Assembly (NCBI GenBank): GCA_023132155.1
Contig: JAGLYP010000023.1
Span: forward strand, 11,504 to 75,503
DNA length: 64,000 nucleotides
Origin: Candidatus Parcubacteria bacterium
GTDB lineage: Bacteria; Patescibacteriota; Patescibacteriia; Patescibacteriales; UBA12075
Reading direction: 5' to 3'
How positions within the stretch are numbered: the stretch's first letter is position 1; each line of letters starts with the position of its first letter. Below the pieces are notes generated by a model, which was not told where the DNA came from, searched no databases, and saw nothing but the letters and a program-made list of their open reading frames with translations. Positions 9,170 to 20,975 of this stretch are shown piece by piece. The position numbers and the translations under genes are program-made.

Positions 9170-10369
9170 TTAGTTTGGATTATTTAAAAAATTAACCCTT
9201 GGCCAAACAGCCGTAATAGGAATATGATCAATATTTTTGACAAATTCCTGGATACCTAAATAATTCAGTACCCAAGAAAAAACTCGTGCCGTTAGTCGAA
9301 AATCAAACAACAGGAATTCATGGAGTAAATCCTTGTCAATCCAATCATTTTGATTGTTTGTTTCGTCTTTTTCAATATACATTCGAGCTAAGTTTTGTCC
9401 TAACTGTTCCGCAATAATTTCTGTATCGCAAACCTTTTTCTTAGAAGAAGCTATCACTGTTGCTCTTGGCAATAATAACATCAAGAATGACATTACCAAG
9501 GCAGCTATTACGGCTTTTACTAAACCGTGCTTGAGAAATAAGCCTTGGGCTAAAAATTGCTTGCGCCAACATATCACAGACAAGCTGCTTTTCGCAAAAT
9601 CTTTAATCTGGCCGATTTCATCATCAGAAAGAAAAGTAAAAATTTTATTCTTAGTCCGCCGCAATTCCGCCTCAGCCCAAATTCTGCGTTCCGAATATTG
9701 CAGCCATTTGAAAAATATATAAGCCGCAACAAAAGGATACGCAATTAAAGCCAAAACAAAACTTAAGGGACTGCGAAAACAAAAATTTTTATTTCGTTTC
9801 TTGTCTTCGTTCAGCCAAATCAGATAAAGCAACAAAGCTAATGGCAAGGTTTTAAAGTAAAGCAAGAAACACCAATCCAGAATGCCGTTAATCCCCATTT
9901 GTCTAATTGTAGCAAAGGCCTCATCTCTGGCTTCTTTCGCCGGATCAATGTGCTTCTTATACTTTTCTCTGGCTATTTTTACATCATATTCATTATAGCC
10001 ATTATCCAAGCTTTGCCTTGCGAGATACATTAACTGATGAAAATAATTCAAATTAACAACCGCATCTAACTCTAACTCTTTTTGCTTGTCAGAAAAAATA
10101 GCCAGATCGCGAAAATAATGATAAGGAGAATAAACCTCTCCCGCTTCTGCTAAATTCTTTGCCTGTCTTACTTTTTCTTTTGCAAAGCCATATAAGGCAA
10201 TCTGACGCTCCGCTCTTTCTTCCGTTGTCATCGTCAATGTCGGCTTTCCTGGCTCGTGAAGATTTAGAAAACCTTCAACAAAACCAGCACTTGTCATAAA
10301 TAGAAAAAAGAGTATAAACTTAAGCAACCATGGCCGATATATCAATTCTAAAATTTTCTTCACCTTCAC
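9170..10369 (-). CDS. Hypothetical polytopic membrane protein.
   Basis: 399-aa ORF with several TM helices; no recognised motifs. Confidence 0.45.
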   Translation of the reverse strand: MKVKKILELIYRPWLLKFILFFLFMTSAGFVEGFLNLHEPGKPTLTMTTEERAERQIALYGFAKEKVRQAKNLAEAGEVYSPYHYFRDLAIFSDKQKELELDAVVNLNYFHQLMYLARQSLDNGYNEYDVKIAREKYKKHIDPAKEARDEAFATIRQMGINGILDWCFLLYFKTLPLALLLYLIWLNEDKKRNKNFCFRSPLSFVLALIAYPFVAAYIFFKWLQYSERRIWAEAELRRTKNKIFTFLSDDEIGQIKDFAKSSLSVICWRKQFLAQGLFLKHGLVKAVIAALVMSFLMLLLPRATVIASSKKKVCDTEIIAEQLGQNLARMYIEKDETNNQNDWIDKDLLHEFLLFDFRLTARVFSWVLNYLGIQEFVKNIDHIPITAVWPRVNFLNNPN

Positions 10370-10585
10370 TCACCTCCTTTATATATGTCCGAAATTAATA
10401 TTTAATATTGAATTCTAATTTCAAAGAACACGAAAAGAACATTATATCAAGATAATATACTATTAAAAATTTGTCAATAGCTGTTCCATTGCTGTTCCAT
10501 TGCTCAAAAACGATTTTTTTATTAAAATAGTAACAGTAATATAAAAATTAAATTTGTAGTTTGTTTCGGGCTTGGCGAAGCTATC

Positions 10586-10890
<305 letters not shown>

Positions 10891-10905
10891 GTTAAAAAAT
10901 AGCTT

Positions 10906-11541
10906 ATGCAAATAATAAAAATCAATAAAAATAATCTTACAAAAGCAGATGTTGATTTTATCGCGGACGAGTTAATGCAAGGAAGGGTGATAGTTTTACC
11001 AACTGACACTATTTACGGCTTGCACTCTATTGCCACAAATAAAAAGGCGATTGAAAGAATTCATAAAATTAAGAGAATAAGCAAAAAACGTCCCTTGTTG
11101 GTTTTGGTAAACAGTTATCGCATGTTGCGTGATTATGTTTTTGTTTCAAAGACGCAAGAGCGGTATATTCGCTCAATTTGGACGTCAACCGCTGGTTTGG
11201 CAAAAGATAAAAATTATTTGTATAAAAAAAGACCGATAACTTTTGTCTTAAAAGCCAGAGAAAAATTACCAAAAGAAATTCGCGAAAAAGATAATTCACT
11301 GGCGGTTCGCTTGCCAAAAAATGATTTTTTGATTAAAATAATAACAAGACTTAATATTCCTTTGATTTCTACCAGTTTTAATATTGGCGGGCAAAAATAT
11401 AATGAAGATTTTTTAGTAAATTTTAAAAAATTTCAATCAAAGCCAGATATAATAGTTAATTCCGGAAAATCAAAAAATATCAAAGAATCAAGAATTATTG
11501 ATATTAGGGATATTAATAATATAAAAATTATTAGAAACTAA
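10906..11541 (+). CDS. tsaC: L-threonylcarbamoyladenylate synthase, TsaC/YrdC family.
   Basis: The hallmark VLPTDTIYGL is present; 211 aa. Confidence 0.8.
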   Translation: MQIIKINKNNLTKADVDFIADELMQGRVIVLPTDTIYGLHSIATNKKAIERIHKIKRISKKRPLLVLVNSYRMLRDYVFVSKTQERYIRSIWTSTAGLAKDKNYLYKKRPITFVLKAREKLPKEIREKDNSLAVRLPKNDFLIKIITRLNIPLISTSFNIGGQKYNEDFLVNFKKFQSKPDIIVNSGKSKNIKESRIIDIRDINNIKIIRN

Positions 11542-11598
11542 AAAATAATCTGAATTTTTAAACAAAAATAACTTGTTTGTTTGGATTATTACAATTTT

Positions 11599-11727
11599 AT
11601 GGGATGGTTAGCAAAATTATTTGGTCAAAAAGACGAAGAAGCAAAAGAGCAAACACAAGAGCAAGCCGATGAAACTGGCGCGGAAGAATCAACTCAAGGG
11701 GAAAACACTGAAAATCAAAATCAGTAA
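11599..11727 (+). CDS. Possible small acidic protein (42 aa), hypothetical.
   Basis: Short ORF MGWLAKLFGQKDEEAKEQTQEQADETGAEESTQGENTENQNQ in an otherwise empty 250-bp gap; it may be spurious. Confidence 0.2.
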   Translation: MGWLAKLFGQKDEEAKEQTQEQADETGAEESTQGENTENQNQ

Positions 11728-11790
11728 AAAACAACAGATGAACAAGCAATATATGTTTTGTTGATGGTTTTTCTGAAGTTATAAATATTT

Positions 11791-12630
11791 ATGTTAATAG
11801 ACACGCATGCGCATGTTAATTTTGATTTTTTCAAAAAAGACGCGGACGAGGTTATACGGAGGGCTTTAAACGAGAAAGTTTGGATGATTAACGTGGGCAC
11901 TAAATATAAAACATCAAAAAGAGCTCTTGCGCTGGCAAATAAATACGAAAAAGGGGTTTACGCCGCTGTCGGCTTGCATCCGATTCATCTTTTTGAAACG
12001 CGGGCGGATGGAGAGGATTATAGCTTTAATACTCGCGCGGAAGTATTTAATTATGATATTTATGAAAAATTAGCCAAATTTGAAAAAGTTGCGGCTATCG
12101 GTGAAATTGGATTGGATTATTACCATATTGATAAGAATATTGATGTTAATTTGATTAAAGAAACTCAAAAAAAAGCATTTTATGAACAGTTGCTTATGGC
12201 GAGAAGATTGGATTTACCGGTAATAATTCATTGCCGCCAAGCGCATGACGACATGTTTAATTGCTTGAAGAGTTTTCGCAAGGAATATGCCGATTTAATC
12301 CCTAAAAATCGTCCTTGGGGTGTTATGCATTGTTTTTCCGGCAACGAGGATTTAGCTTGGAAATATTTTGGTTTGGGATTGATTGTAAGTTTTACCGGCT
12401 TAATTACTTTTAGCCGGCAGTGGGATGATTTGATCAGGCGTTTGCCAAAAGATAAGTTTATGCTTGAAACCGATTGTCCTTTTATGACGCCTGAACCTTT
12501 TCGCGGCCAAAGAAATGAGCCATTGTATGTTAAATATGTTGCCAAGAGGATTGCGGAAATTAAAAATTTAAGCATAGAGAGAGTAGCTGAGGTTACGACA
12601 AAGAACGCTAAAGAGTTATTTAGAATATAA
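11791..12630 (+). CDS. tatD: TatD family metal-dependent hydrolase/DNase.
   Basis: MLIDTHAHVNFDFF..., with the typical His/Asp metal ligands; 279 aa. Confidence 0.85.
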   Translation: MLIDTHAHVNFDFFKKDADEVIRRALNEKVWMINVGTKYKTSKRALALANKYEKGVYAAVGLHPIHLFETRADGEDYSFNTRAEVFNYDIYEKLAKFEKVAAIGEIGLDYYHIDKNIDVNLIKETQKKAFYEQLLMARRLDLPVIIHCRQAHDDMFNCLKSFRKEYADLIPKNRPWGVMHCFSGNEDLAWKYFGLGLIVSFTGLITFSRQWDDLIRRLPKDKFMLETDCPFMTPEPFRGQRNEPLYVKYVAKRIAEIKNLSIERVAEVTTKNAKELFRI

Positions 12631-12674
12631 TTAAAATAAAAAAATAAAATATTAAATAAAAAAAAGGGGGAATT

Positions 12675-13235
12675 ATGGATTCTTTTGAAGTTAGTATTTT
12701 TTCTTTAAGTCTTGAAGAAAAAAAAGAGTGCAAGGAAATGAATATTCCAAATTATTATTGGTATTATTTAAAAAGCAAAAAATTTGGATTCGGAATAAAA
12801 ACATTAAGAAATTTTGTAAAAAGCAGAATAAAACCAATTTTTTCAAAGCAGGAGTTAGAAGTGTTAATAAGAGGTATTGTTGGAAAGATAAGAGAATTAG
12901 TAATTCATTATAATGATGGGAAAAAACAAGGAATTGAATATTTGGAAAAAGAATTTAATTCTGAAATATTTTTTTTAGTAAAAAATATTTTGGATAAAAG
13001 AGAGCGGAGCAAAAAAAGGGGAATTAAAAAAGGGGAAGTTAAAAAAATTTTTACAATAATTTCAAGGGATGGTGATAAACAGATATTAAATCCTGCTTCT
13101 GTTCCTTCGGGTAAAATAGTGAAGGATAGGTGTTGTTTATATTTTCCACAATGTAGCGATTTTATTGCAAGTCATGTCTATAAAGGACGGTTTGATTGTT
13201 CATTTTGTAAGCATAATATTAACAAGGAGGAATAA
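12675..13235 (+). CDS. Hypothetical protein, very AT-rich, with a C-terminal Cys cluster (CC..C...C..C).
   Basis: 186-aa ORF with a strong Shine-Dalgarno sequence (AAAGGGGGAATTATG); no family recognised. Confidence 0.45.
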   Translation: MDSFEVSIFSLSLEEKKECKEMNIPNYYWYYLKSKKFGFGIKTLRNFVKSRIKPIFSKQELEVLIRGIVGKIRELVIHYNDGKKQGIEYLEKEFNSEIFFLVKNILDKRERSKKRGIKKGEVKKIFTIISRDGDKQILNPASVPSGKIVKDRCCLYFPQCSDFIASHVYKGRFDCSFCKHNINKEE

Positions 13236-13277
13236 TAAATATGTTCTTCCTTGTTTTATTTTATATTTTTAAAAACC

Positions 13278-13306
13278 TTGACTTTTTTAAGAATTTGTAA
13301 AATAAT
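13278..13306 (+). promoter_or_regulatory. Candidate sigma-70 promoter for the atp operon (TTGACT, 17-nt spacer, AATAAT).
   Basis: Hexamers read from the sequence; the -10 match is weak. Confidence 0.25.
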
Positions 13307-13408
13307 AAGAGCATAAAGCTGATAAATCATTTGACATATTATTGATTTGAAAATTTTACATCAAGGACCCTAGATGTCCTTATTTATTTTGTTTGAAGTT
13401 ATATTAAT

Positions 13409-13720
13409 ATGAATGAAAATAATAATAAAATCTCTGAAAATAATTCAAAACAGGCATGGTGGCAGCCGGCTTTAATTTTATTCGCAAAATTTTCCGTGTG
13501 GATAGTTGTTCCGGTGATAGCAGGCGCGCTAATCGGCAAATGGCTGGACAACAGATATGGCACTGATCCTTGGTTGTTTTTGGCGGCGGTTGGATTTGCT
13601 TTTTTAATATCAATGTTCGGATTAATTAGGAGTGTGACAGAGGAGTATGGGAAGATGGAGGATAAAAATAGTATAAATAATCAAGAGACGAGAAACAAGG
13701 ATGGGTTTTTAAAAAAATAA
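13409..13720 (+). CDS. atpZ: AtpZ/AtpI-like small membrane protein preceding the F0 genes.
   Basis: Two TM helices, the GKWLDNRYGTDPW motif, and its position directly upstream of atpB. Confidence 0.7.
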   Translation: MNENNNKISENNSKQAWWQPALILFAKFSVWIVVPVIAGALIGKWLDNRYGTDPWLFLAAVGFAFLISMFGLIRSVTEEYGKMEDKNSINNQETRNKDGFLKK

Positions 13721-13762
13721 GACACAAGATACAAACAAAATATAAATCTCAACATATAAACT

Positions 13763-14680
13763 ATGTCTATTGGTTATTGGAATTTGTATCTTGTTTGTGT
13801 CTTGTGTCTTGTGTCTTATTACTTAATTATTATGTCCCATAAAGATGAAAATCACAATTTAGTTGAAACTCACGAAGAAATTGTTCACGAACATACATTG
13901 TTTGCTGAGCCGATTTTTAATCTTGGCGATTTTTATGTTACTAATTCTTTAATGAATTCATGGCTTGTGGTCTTGATAGTGTTAATAATAAGCTTGTTTT
14001 TAAAATCACGAATTAAGGCGATACCCGGGAAAATTCAAAACATGCTTGAAATGATAATAGAAAAATTTTTGGAAATTTTTGATTCCGTAACGGCATCGCG
14101 CAAGCGGTCATTGAAATTTTTTCCGCTTGTTTTTTCTTTTTTTATATTTATATTATTGTCAAATTGGATGGGGCTTCTGCCTGGCGTAGGATCCGTAGGA
14201 CAGGTTGTATCAGAGCATGGACACAAAGCTTTCGTGCCATATTTTCGCGGAGGCACGGCAGACCTGAACACAACCTTAGCTTTGGCTATAATAGGCGTGG
14301 TTGCCAGCCACATATTCGGCGTTGTGGCAATCGGCTTATGGAATTATTTTAATAAGTTTATAAATATTAAAGCGTTTTTGGAGATACCAAAGAAAATAAT
14401 GAAAGACCCCGCAATTATCATAGTCAACCCGATCAAGGCCTTTGTTGGGCTTATTGAAATTATAGGAGAATTTGCCAAGGTCGCCAGTTTATCTTTTAGG
14501 TTGTTCGGAAATATTTTCGCGGGCGAAGTCCTGCTCGCTTCAATGTCGGCCATTCTCGCTTTCGGCCTGCCGATACCGTTTATGTTTTTGGAAATAATAG
14601 TGGGCTTGATTCAAGCGTTAATATTTGCTATGTTGATATTGGCGTATTTAACAATGAATACTAGCGCGGAAGAACATTAA
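13763..14680 (+). CDS. atpB: ATP synthase F0 subunit a.
   Basis: LSFRLFGNIFAGE with the conserved Arg; polytopic. The true start may be the downstream Met (MSHKDE...). Confidence 0.9.
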   Translation: MSIGYWNLYLVCVLCLVSYYLIIMSHKDENHNLVETHEEIVHEHTLFAEPIFNLGDFYVTNSLMNSWLVVLIVLIISLFLKSRIKAIPGKIQNMLEMIIEKFLEIFDSVTASRKRSLKFFPLVFSFFIFILLSNWMGLLPGVGSVGQVVSEHGHKAFVPYFRGGTADLNTTLALAIIGVVASHIFGVVAIGLWNYFNKFINIKAFLEIPKKIMKDPAIIIVNPIKAFVGLIEIIGEFAKVASLSFRLFGNIFAGEVLLASMSAILAFGLPIPFMFLEIIVGLIQALIFAMLILAYLTMNTSAEEH

Positions 14681-14707
14681 TAACAGTTAAAAATTTATAA
14701 AGTTTAA

Positions 14708-14968
<261 letters not shown>

Positions 14969-15018
14969 GGTGTAACGCTAATCCGCGAATAAACGCGAAT
15001 GCCGCTAATTGCTAATAG
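14969..15018. repeat. Copy of the GCTAAT/CGAAT-word repeat family between atpE and atpF.
   Basis: GTAACGCTAATCCGCGAATAAACGCGAATGCCGCTAATTGCTAAT. Confidence 0.5.
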
Positions 15019-15115
15019 TTTATTAGTAGTTTTACGAACTGCTCCAATTTTGGGGCAGCGGTAAAATTGTTAAATCAATTACGAATTAAAATAATTCGTA
15101 ATTGATAATTTTTAA

Positions 15116-15622
15116 TTGAAAATTGAATGTATGGAGAATTTAATTGAAACATTTCATATTGATATAAAATTGCTAATAGCCCAAGTGATTAATTTTGCCA
15201 TTGTTTTCAGTGTTTTATATTTTTTTGCCTTAAAGCCGCTTCTTAAAGTTATGCGGGATAGAACTAAAAAAATTGAAAAAAGCATTGATGACGCGCAAAA
15301 AATAGAAAAAAAATTAAGCAGAACAGATGAAGAATACGACAAGGCAATTGGCAAAGCAAAAAAGGAAGCAAATATTATTATGGAAAAGGCAAATATTATG
15401 GCAGAAGAAAAAAGGCAGGATTTAATAAAAAAAGCCAAAAATGAAATAGGACAGATTATTAATAAAGAAAAAGAGCAAATGCAGGTTGAAAAAGCCAAGA
15501 CACTAAAAGAAATAAAAAAAGAAACAGCGGATTTGGTGGTCGTTTCTTTGGAAAAGATTTTGGAAGAGAAAGTTGATAATAAAAAAGATAGTGAGTTGAT
15601 TAGGAGGATGGTTAAAAAATAA
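15116..15622 (+). CDS. atpF: ATP synthase F0 subunit b.
   Basis: A single N-terminal TM followed by a long charged coiled coil. Confidence 0.85.
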   Translation: MKIECMENLIETFHIDIKLLIAQVINFAIVFSVLYFFALKPLLKVMRDRTKKIEKSIDDAQKIEKKLSRTDEEYDKAIGKAKKEANIIMEKANIMAEEKRQDLIKKAKNEIGQIINKEKEQMQVEKAKTLKEIKKETADLVVVSLEKILEEKVDNKKDSELIRRMVKK

Positions 15623-15623
15623 G

Positions 15624-15750
15624 TATAATGCTAATCTGGCGAATAAATGCTAATCTGCGAATTGCGAATGATATGTATTCGCGTATTAGCGATTAGCGGA
15701 TTGGCATTTATTAGCAGATTAGCATTTATTCGCCAGATTAGCATTACATC
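15624..15750. repeat. About 130-bp imperfect palindrome of GCTAATCTGCGAAT words between atpF and atpH.
   Basis: ATAATGCTAATCTGGCGAATAAATGCTAATCTGCGAATTGCGAAT...AGCAGATTAGCATTTATTCGCCAGATTAGCATTAC. The automatic ORF start at 15647 lies inside it. Confidence 0.6.
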
Positions 15751-15754
15751 ATTT

Positions 15755-16156
15755 ATGAAGATTACTCCAAAACAATATGCCGAAAGTTTATATCAGGCTG
15801 TTAAAGAAAAGAAAGACAGTGATATTAAAGATGCTATAAATAATTTTTTTAGTATTTTAATTCAGAATAATGACATGGCAAAAGCAGAAGCAATAGTCGT
15901 GGAGTTTGAAAAAATATGGAATATGGAGCAGAGAATTGTTGAAGCGGAACTTGTAAGCGCCAAAGAGCTGGATAATAGTATTGTTAAATTGTTAAATGGC
16001 TATATTGCCGAATTATCCGGAGCTAAAAAAGTTATTTTAAATCAGAAAATAAATAAAAATATTTTAGGAGGAGTGGTAATTAAATATGAAGATAAAATTT
16101 TAGATGGGAGTTTAAGGATGAGGCTGGGAGAGCTAAAAAAGGAGATGGTAAAATAA
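15755..16156 (+). CDS. atpH: ATP synthase F1 delta subunit (OSCP), short.
   Basis: Its position between atpF and atpA, with a conserved C-terminal region; the start is trimmed to the Met after the palindrome. Confidence 0.75.
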   Translation: MKITPKQYAESLYQAVKEKKDSDIKDAINNFFSILIQNNDMAKAEAIVVEFEKIWNMEQRIVEAELVSAKELDNSIVKLLNGYIAELSGAKKVILNQKINKNILGGVVIKYEDKILDGSLRMRLGELKKEMVK

Positions 16157-16159
16157 AAT

Positions 16160-16262
16160 TATTAAATAAGATTTTTAAGATTGTTGGGATTTTTAAGATT
16201 GTTAGGATTTTTATTATCCTAATCATCCTAGATATCCTAATCATCCTAAATATCCCATTTTT
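16160..16262. repeat. Low-complexity inverted repeat of GGATT/AATCC words (AAGATTGTTGGGATTTTTAAGATTGTTAGGATTTTT...ATCCTAATCATCCTA).
   Basis: Read from the sequence, immediately upstream of atpA. Confidence 0.5.
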
Positions 16263-16266
16263 TATT

Positions 16267-17844
16267 ATGTCAAATACAAAAGATTTCATTGTAGAACAAT
16301 TAAAACGGCAAATTGCCGGTTTTAAGCATGAAATTAAAGAGCAAACCGTTGGCAAGGTTATTAAAATCGGAGACGGAATCGCTCAAATTTCCGGGCTTTC
16401 CGATGTTATGATGTCTGAAATGCTTGAATTCTCAAGCGGCAAAAAATCCGACCCCGCCTCTCGCGAGAAGCGGGGCGAAATCCGATATGGTGTGGCATTG
16501 AACTTGGAGGAAGATAGTATTGGCGCTATTATTTTGGGAGATTTTTTTGGCATAAAAGAAGGAGATGAAGTTAAGTCATTGAAAAAAATTTTAGAAGTTC
16601 CTGTCGGAAACAGCGTAGTCGGAAGAGTAGTTAATCCAATGGGGCAGCCGCTAGACGGAAAAGGAGAAATATTGGCTGATAAATTTTATCCGATAGAAAA
16701 AATCGCTCCGGGAGTAATCGCCCGCGAGTCAGTAAGCGAACCGGTGCAGACAGGAATAAAAGCGATTGACGCGATGATTCCGATTGGCCGCGGCCAGAGA
16801 GAATTGATTATCGGCGACCGCCAGATTGGCAAAACCGCGATTGCCATTGACGCGATAATAAGCCAAAAAGGCCAAAATATGAAATGCGTTTATGTGGCAA
16901 TCGGGCAGAAAGAGTCAAAAGTGGCAAATATCGCGGCTAAACTGGAAGAGCACGGAGCAATGGAATATACGACAATTGTTTTAGCGGGCGCTTCCGATCC
17001 GGCTTCATTCGCGTATATCGCGCCTTACGCGGGTTGCGCTATGGCGGAATATTTTTTGGACAAAGGCGAAGATGTTTTAATTGTTTATGACGATTTAAGC
17101 AAGCACGCCGTTGCTTACCGCGAAATTTCCTTGCTTTTGCGCAGGCCGCCTGGGCGCGAAGCTTATCCGGGGGATGTTTTTTATCTTCATTCAAGATTAT
17201 TAGAAAGAGCCTGTAAATTAAATAAAGATTTTGGCGGCGGGTCAATCACGGCGCTTCCTATTATTGAAACGCAGGCAGGAGATGTGTCCGCGTATATTCC
17301 CACAAATGTCATTTCAATTACTGACGGACAGATTTATTTAGAGCCGGATTTGTTTTATCAAGGCAATCGTCCGGCCGTGAATGCCGGTTTATCGGTTTCC
17401 CGTGTTGGTTCTGCGGCGCAGATTAAGGCCATGAAAAAAGTTGCCGGCAAGATGAGACTGGAAGCAGCGCAATATCGCGAGCTTGCCGCGTTTGCCCAGT
17501 TTGGGTCTGACTTAGACGAAGAAACAAAGAGTAAATTAGAAAGAGGAAAGCGTCTGGTGGAAATATTCAAGCAGGATCAATACAAAACAGTTCCCGTTGC
17601 CAATCAGGTATTAATATTTTTTGCAATAATTTCCGGTTTGCTGGATGATGTGTCGGTTGAAAAAATTTTAGAATTTGAAGAAGAATTAAATAAATACGCG
17701 GAAAACAGCGGACAGGATATATTAAAGGATATTGCGGAGAAAGGAGAGTTGAATGAAAAGTTGGAGGAGAGGATGAAGAAGTTGGTTGAGGATTATAAAA
17801 GTACATTGGATTATTTAGAAAAAGATATTTCCACCGCCCTTTAG
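16267..17844 (+). CDS. atpA: ATP synthase F1 alpha subunit, carrying a 14-aa in-frame insertion.
   Basis: GDRQIGKT Walker A, and near-identity to E. coli AtpA across the core. An extra [14 protein letters not shown] sits between the conserved SSG and [10 protein letters not shown]. Confidence 0.95.
   Translation: MSNTKDFIVEQLKRQIAGFKHEIKEQTVGKVIKIGDGIAQISGLSDVMMSEMLEFSSGKKSDPASREKRGEIRYGVALNLEEDSIGAIILGDFFGIKEGDEVKSLKKILEVPVGNSVVGRVVNPMGQPLDGKGEILADKFYPIEKIAPGVIARESVSEPVQTGIKAIDAMIPIGRGQRELIIGDRQIGKTAIAIDAIISQKGQNMKCVYVAIGQKESKVANIAAKLEEHGAMEYTTIVLAGASDPASFAYIAPYAGCAMAEYFLDKGEDVLIVYDDLSKHAVAYREISLLLRRPPGREAYPGDVFYLHSRLLERACKLNKDFGGGSITALPIIETQAGDVSAYIPTNVISITDGQIYLEPDLFYQGNRPAVNAGLSVSRVGSAAQIKAMKKVAGKMRLEAAQYRELAAFAQFGSDLDEETKSKLERGKRLVEIFKQDQYKTVPVANQVLIFFAIISGLLDDVSVEKILEFEEELNKYAENSGQDILKDIAEKGELNEKLEERMKKLVEDYKSTLDYLEKDISTAL
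16441..16482 (+). repeat. 42-nt palindromic repeat inserted in-frame within atpA (the intragenic copy of the CCCCGCCTCTCGCGAGAGGCGGGG terminator-hairpin family).
   Basis: AAAAAATCCGACCCCGCCTCTCGCGAGAAGCGGGGCGAAATC. The same core occurs as intergenic hairpins at 23805-23850, 26761-26784 and 57210-57239. It spans exactly codons 59-72 of atpA. Confidence 0.75.
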
Positions 17845-17941
17845 GGCAGGGTTCGTGAGACTTTAGTCTCACGAATAGATGGCAATTTCGGGATGCTAAA
17901 GCATCCTGAATCCTCGGCTAAAGCCGGGCGGAAATTTAATT

Positions 17942-18910
17942 ATGGCGAATACAAGAGATATACAAAATAGAATAAAATCCATTAATAATACCAAAAAGAT
18001 TACCAAGGCGATGGAAATGGTGGCGGCGTCAAAGATGCGGCGCGCGATTGAGGCTGTTCTTAAAACCAGGACTTACGCTAATTTGAGTTGGAATATTGTT
18101 TTAAATTTATCGCAAGCAACAAACGGTAACCACAAAAAAGCATTGCATCCGCTTTTAATAAAGCGCGAGAACATTAAAAAAGTCGGCATTATTTTAATAT
18201 CATCCAATAGAGGCTTGTGCGGCGGGTTTAATACGGCTATTATAAATAAAGCGCATAATAGTATCAAAATACATATGGAGCCGGAGGAAGAACAGCCGGA
18301 GTTTATAATAATAGGAAAAAAAGGAGTAACAATAAACAAGTATTACGGATATGATATTGCCGCTGAATTTCCCAAGGCAGATATAATTAGCGAGATAAAA
18401 GAAGTTTTGCCAATAGCGAAAATAGTCTTGGATGATTATTTAAGCGGAAAATATGATAAAATTATGGTTGCTTACACTGATTATGTCAACGCGGCAAAAC
18501 AGATTCCGCGCGTAAAACAGCTTTTGCCGATTGATATATCAACGCAGGATGAATATTTGGGAATTGTCGGTGAAGATACTAGAGTTGGCATTGACAAAGA
18601 ATTTGTTGACAAGAAAAAAGAAAAATATTTGCGGGATGAAAAGCATATATATGAATATACTTTTGAGCCGAATCCAAAAGAAGTTTTAGACGAAATGATT
18701 CCACGCTTGATTGAAGTTCAGCTTTTTCAGGCATTACTGGAGTCAAACGCGTCAGAGCATAGCGCGCGAATGTCGGCAATGCATCAGGCAACAGACGCGG
18801 CTCAAGACATGGCGGACGAGTTAACGCTTTTTTATAACAAATCAAGGCAGGCGGCAATCACGAACGAGATCGCGGAGATTAGTGCTGGGGCGAATGCGTT
18901 AAGCGAATAA
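17942..18910 (+). CDS. atpG: ATP synthase F1 gamma subunit.
   Basis: MANTRDIQNRIKSINNTKKITKAMEMVAASKMRRA.... Confidence 0.9.
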   Translation: MANTRDIQNRIKSINNTKKITKAMEMVAASKMRRAIEAVLKTRTYANLSWNIVLNLSQATNGNHKKALHPLLIKRENIKKVGIILISSNRGLCGGFNTAIINKAHNSIKIHMEPEEEQPEFIIIGKKGVTINKYYGYDIAAEFPKADIISEIKEVLPIAKIVLDDYLSGKYDKIMVAYTDYVNAAKQIPRVKQLLPIDISTQDEYLGIVGEDTRVGIDKEFVDKKKEKYLRDEKHIYEYTFEPNPKEVLDEMIPRLIEVQLFQALLESNASEHSARMSAMHQATDAAQDMADELTLFYNKSRQAAITNEIAEISAGANALSE

Positions 18911-19011
18911 ACTACAAGAATTATTTATAAAAAAGAATAAATAAATTTAATGTTCGTTTAAATAATTCTTTTTCATAAATAATTCTTGTAGTTAATATTG
19001 AGGAAAAAAAA

Positions 19012-19035
19012 GACCGCAACTGTGAGGTCGCGGTC
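19012..19035 (+). terminator. Hairpin after atpG (GACCGCAACTGTGAGGTCGCGGTC).
   Basis: A GC-rich stem with no clear U-tract. Confidence 0.3.
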
Positions 19036-19135
19036 AATGATAATAAGAAAGGTTTGTAAGAGTTGGATGTCTGGCTTCGGCAGAATGTCTAGCTCCAATG
19101 AAATTTTATCCATTTTCCACTTCTTTTGTAAAGAG

Positions 19136-19414
19136 CTAATTAAAGCGAAAATATCGCATCAGTTGGCATAAATAGGGGATTTGGTAAAGGCTAGCTATTC
19201 CAGATCCCACACCTCCTAAAAGTAAAATAATTTCCAGAGTTGGCGATATATGGGACGCTTGCCCCGATAATACCGTTAAATTGCATATCATCGAAATTAT
19301 AAAAAAATGGAGCCATGTTATTGGGCTACATCCTGCCCACTCCCACTTGTTTATGGTGTTATTCCATTCGTCCGTCACATTATCCAATTTTTTCATAATA
19401 GCTTTCTTTTTCAT
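19136..19414 (-). CDS. Small membrane protein, hypothetical, encoded on the opposite strand inside the atp operon between atpG and atpD.
   Basis: 92 aa with one TM (LEIILLLGGVGSGIASLY) and a strong Shine-Dalgarno sequence (AAAAGGAGGATATTATG), unlike the neighbouring genes. Confidence 0.5.
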   Translation of the reverse strand: MKKKAIMKKLDNVTDEWNNTINKWEWAGCSPITWLHFFIISMICNLTVLSGQASHISPTLEIILLLGGVGSGIASLYQIPYLCQLMRYFRFN

Positions 19415-19522
19415 AATATCCTCCTTTTAAATTGCTTATTATGTACAATATAGATAATATAACAATAGCATAAAATAATTAATTTGTCAAGCCTTCACTG
19501 AAAGCTACGGCTTGTAAACTAA

Positions 19523-20944
<1,422 letters not shown>

Positions 20945-20975
20945 AAATATAAAATTTTTAATTTCCAATTTTTGT

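Noticed and set aside
8473-10369. GC-content anomaly suggesting a horizontally transferred island.
   Set aside because: Hand counts give about 38-40% GC, within the range of native highly expressed genes here (groEL about 44%). It is not distinct enough to claim.
15647-15754. The 5' extension of the atpH ORF (the track start at 15647).
   Set aside because: The extension is encoded by the palindromic GCTAATCTGCGAAT repeat. The conserved delta-subunit sequence begins at the Met at 15755.
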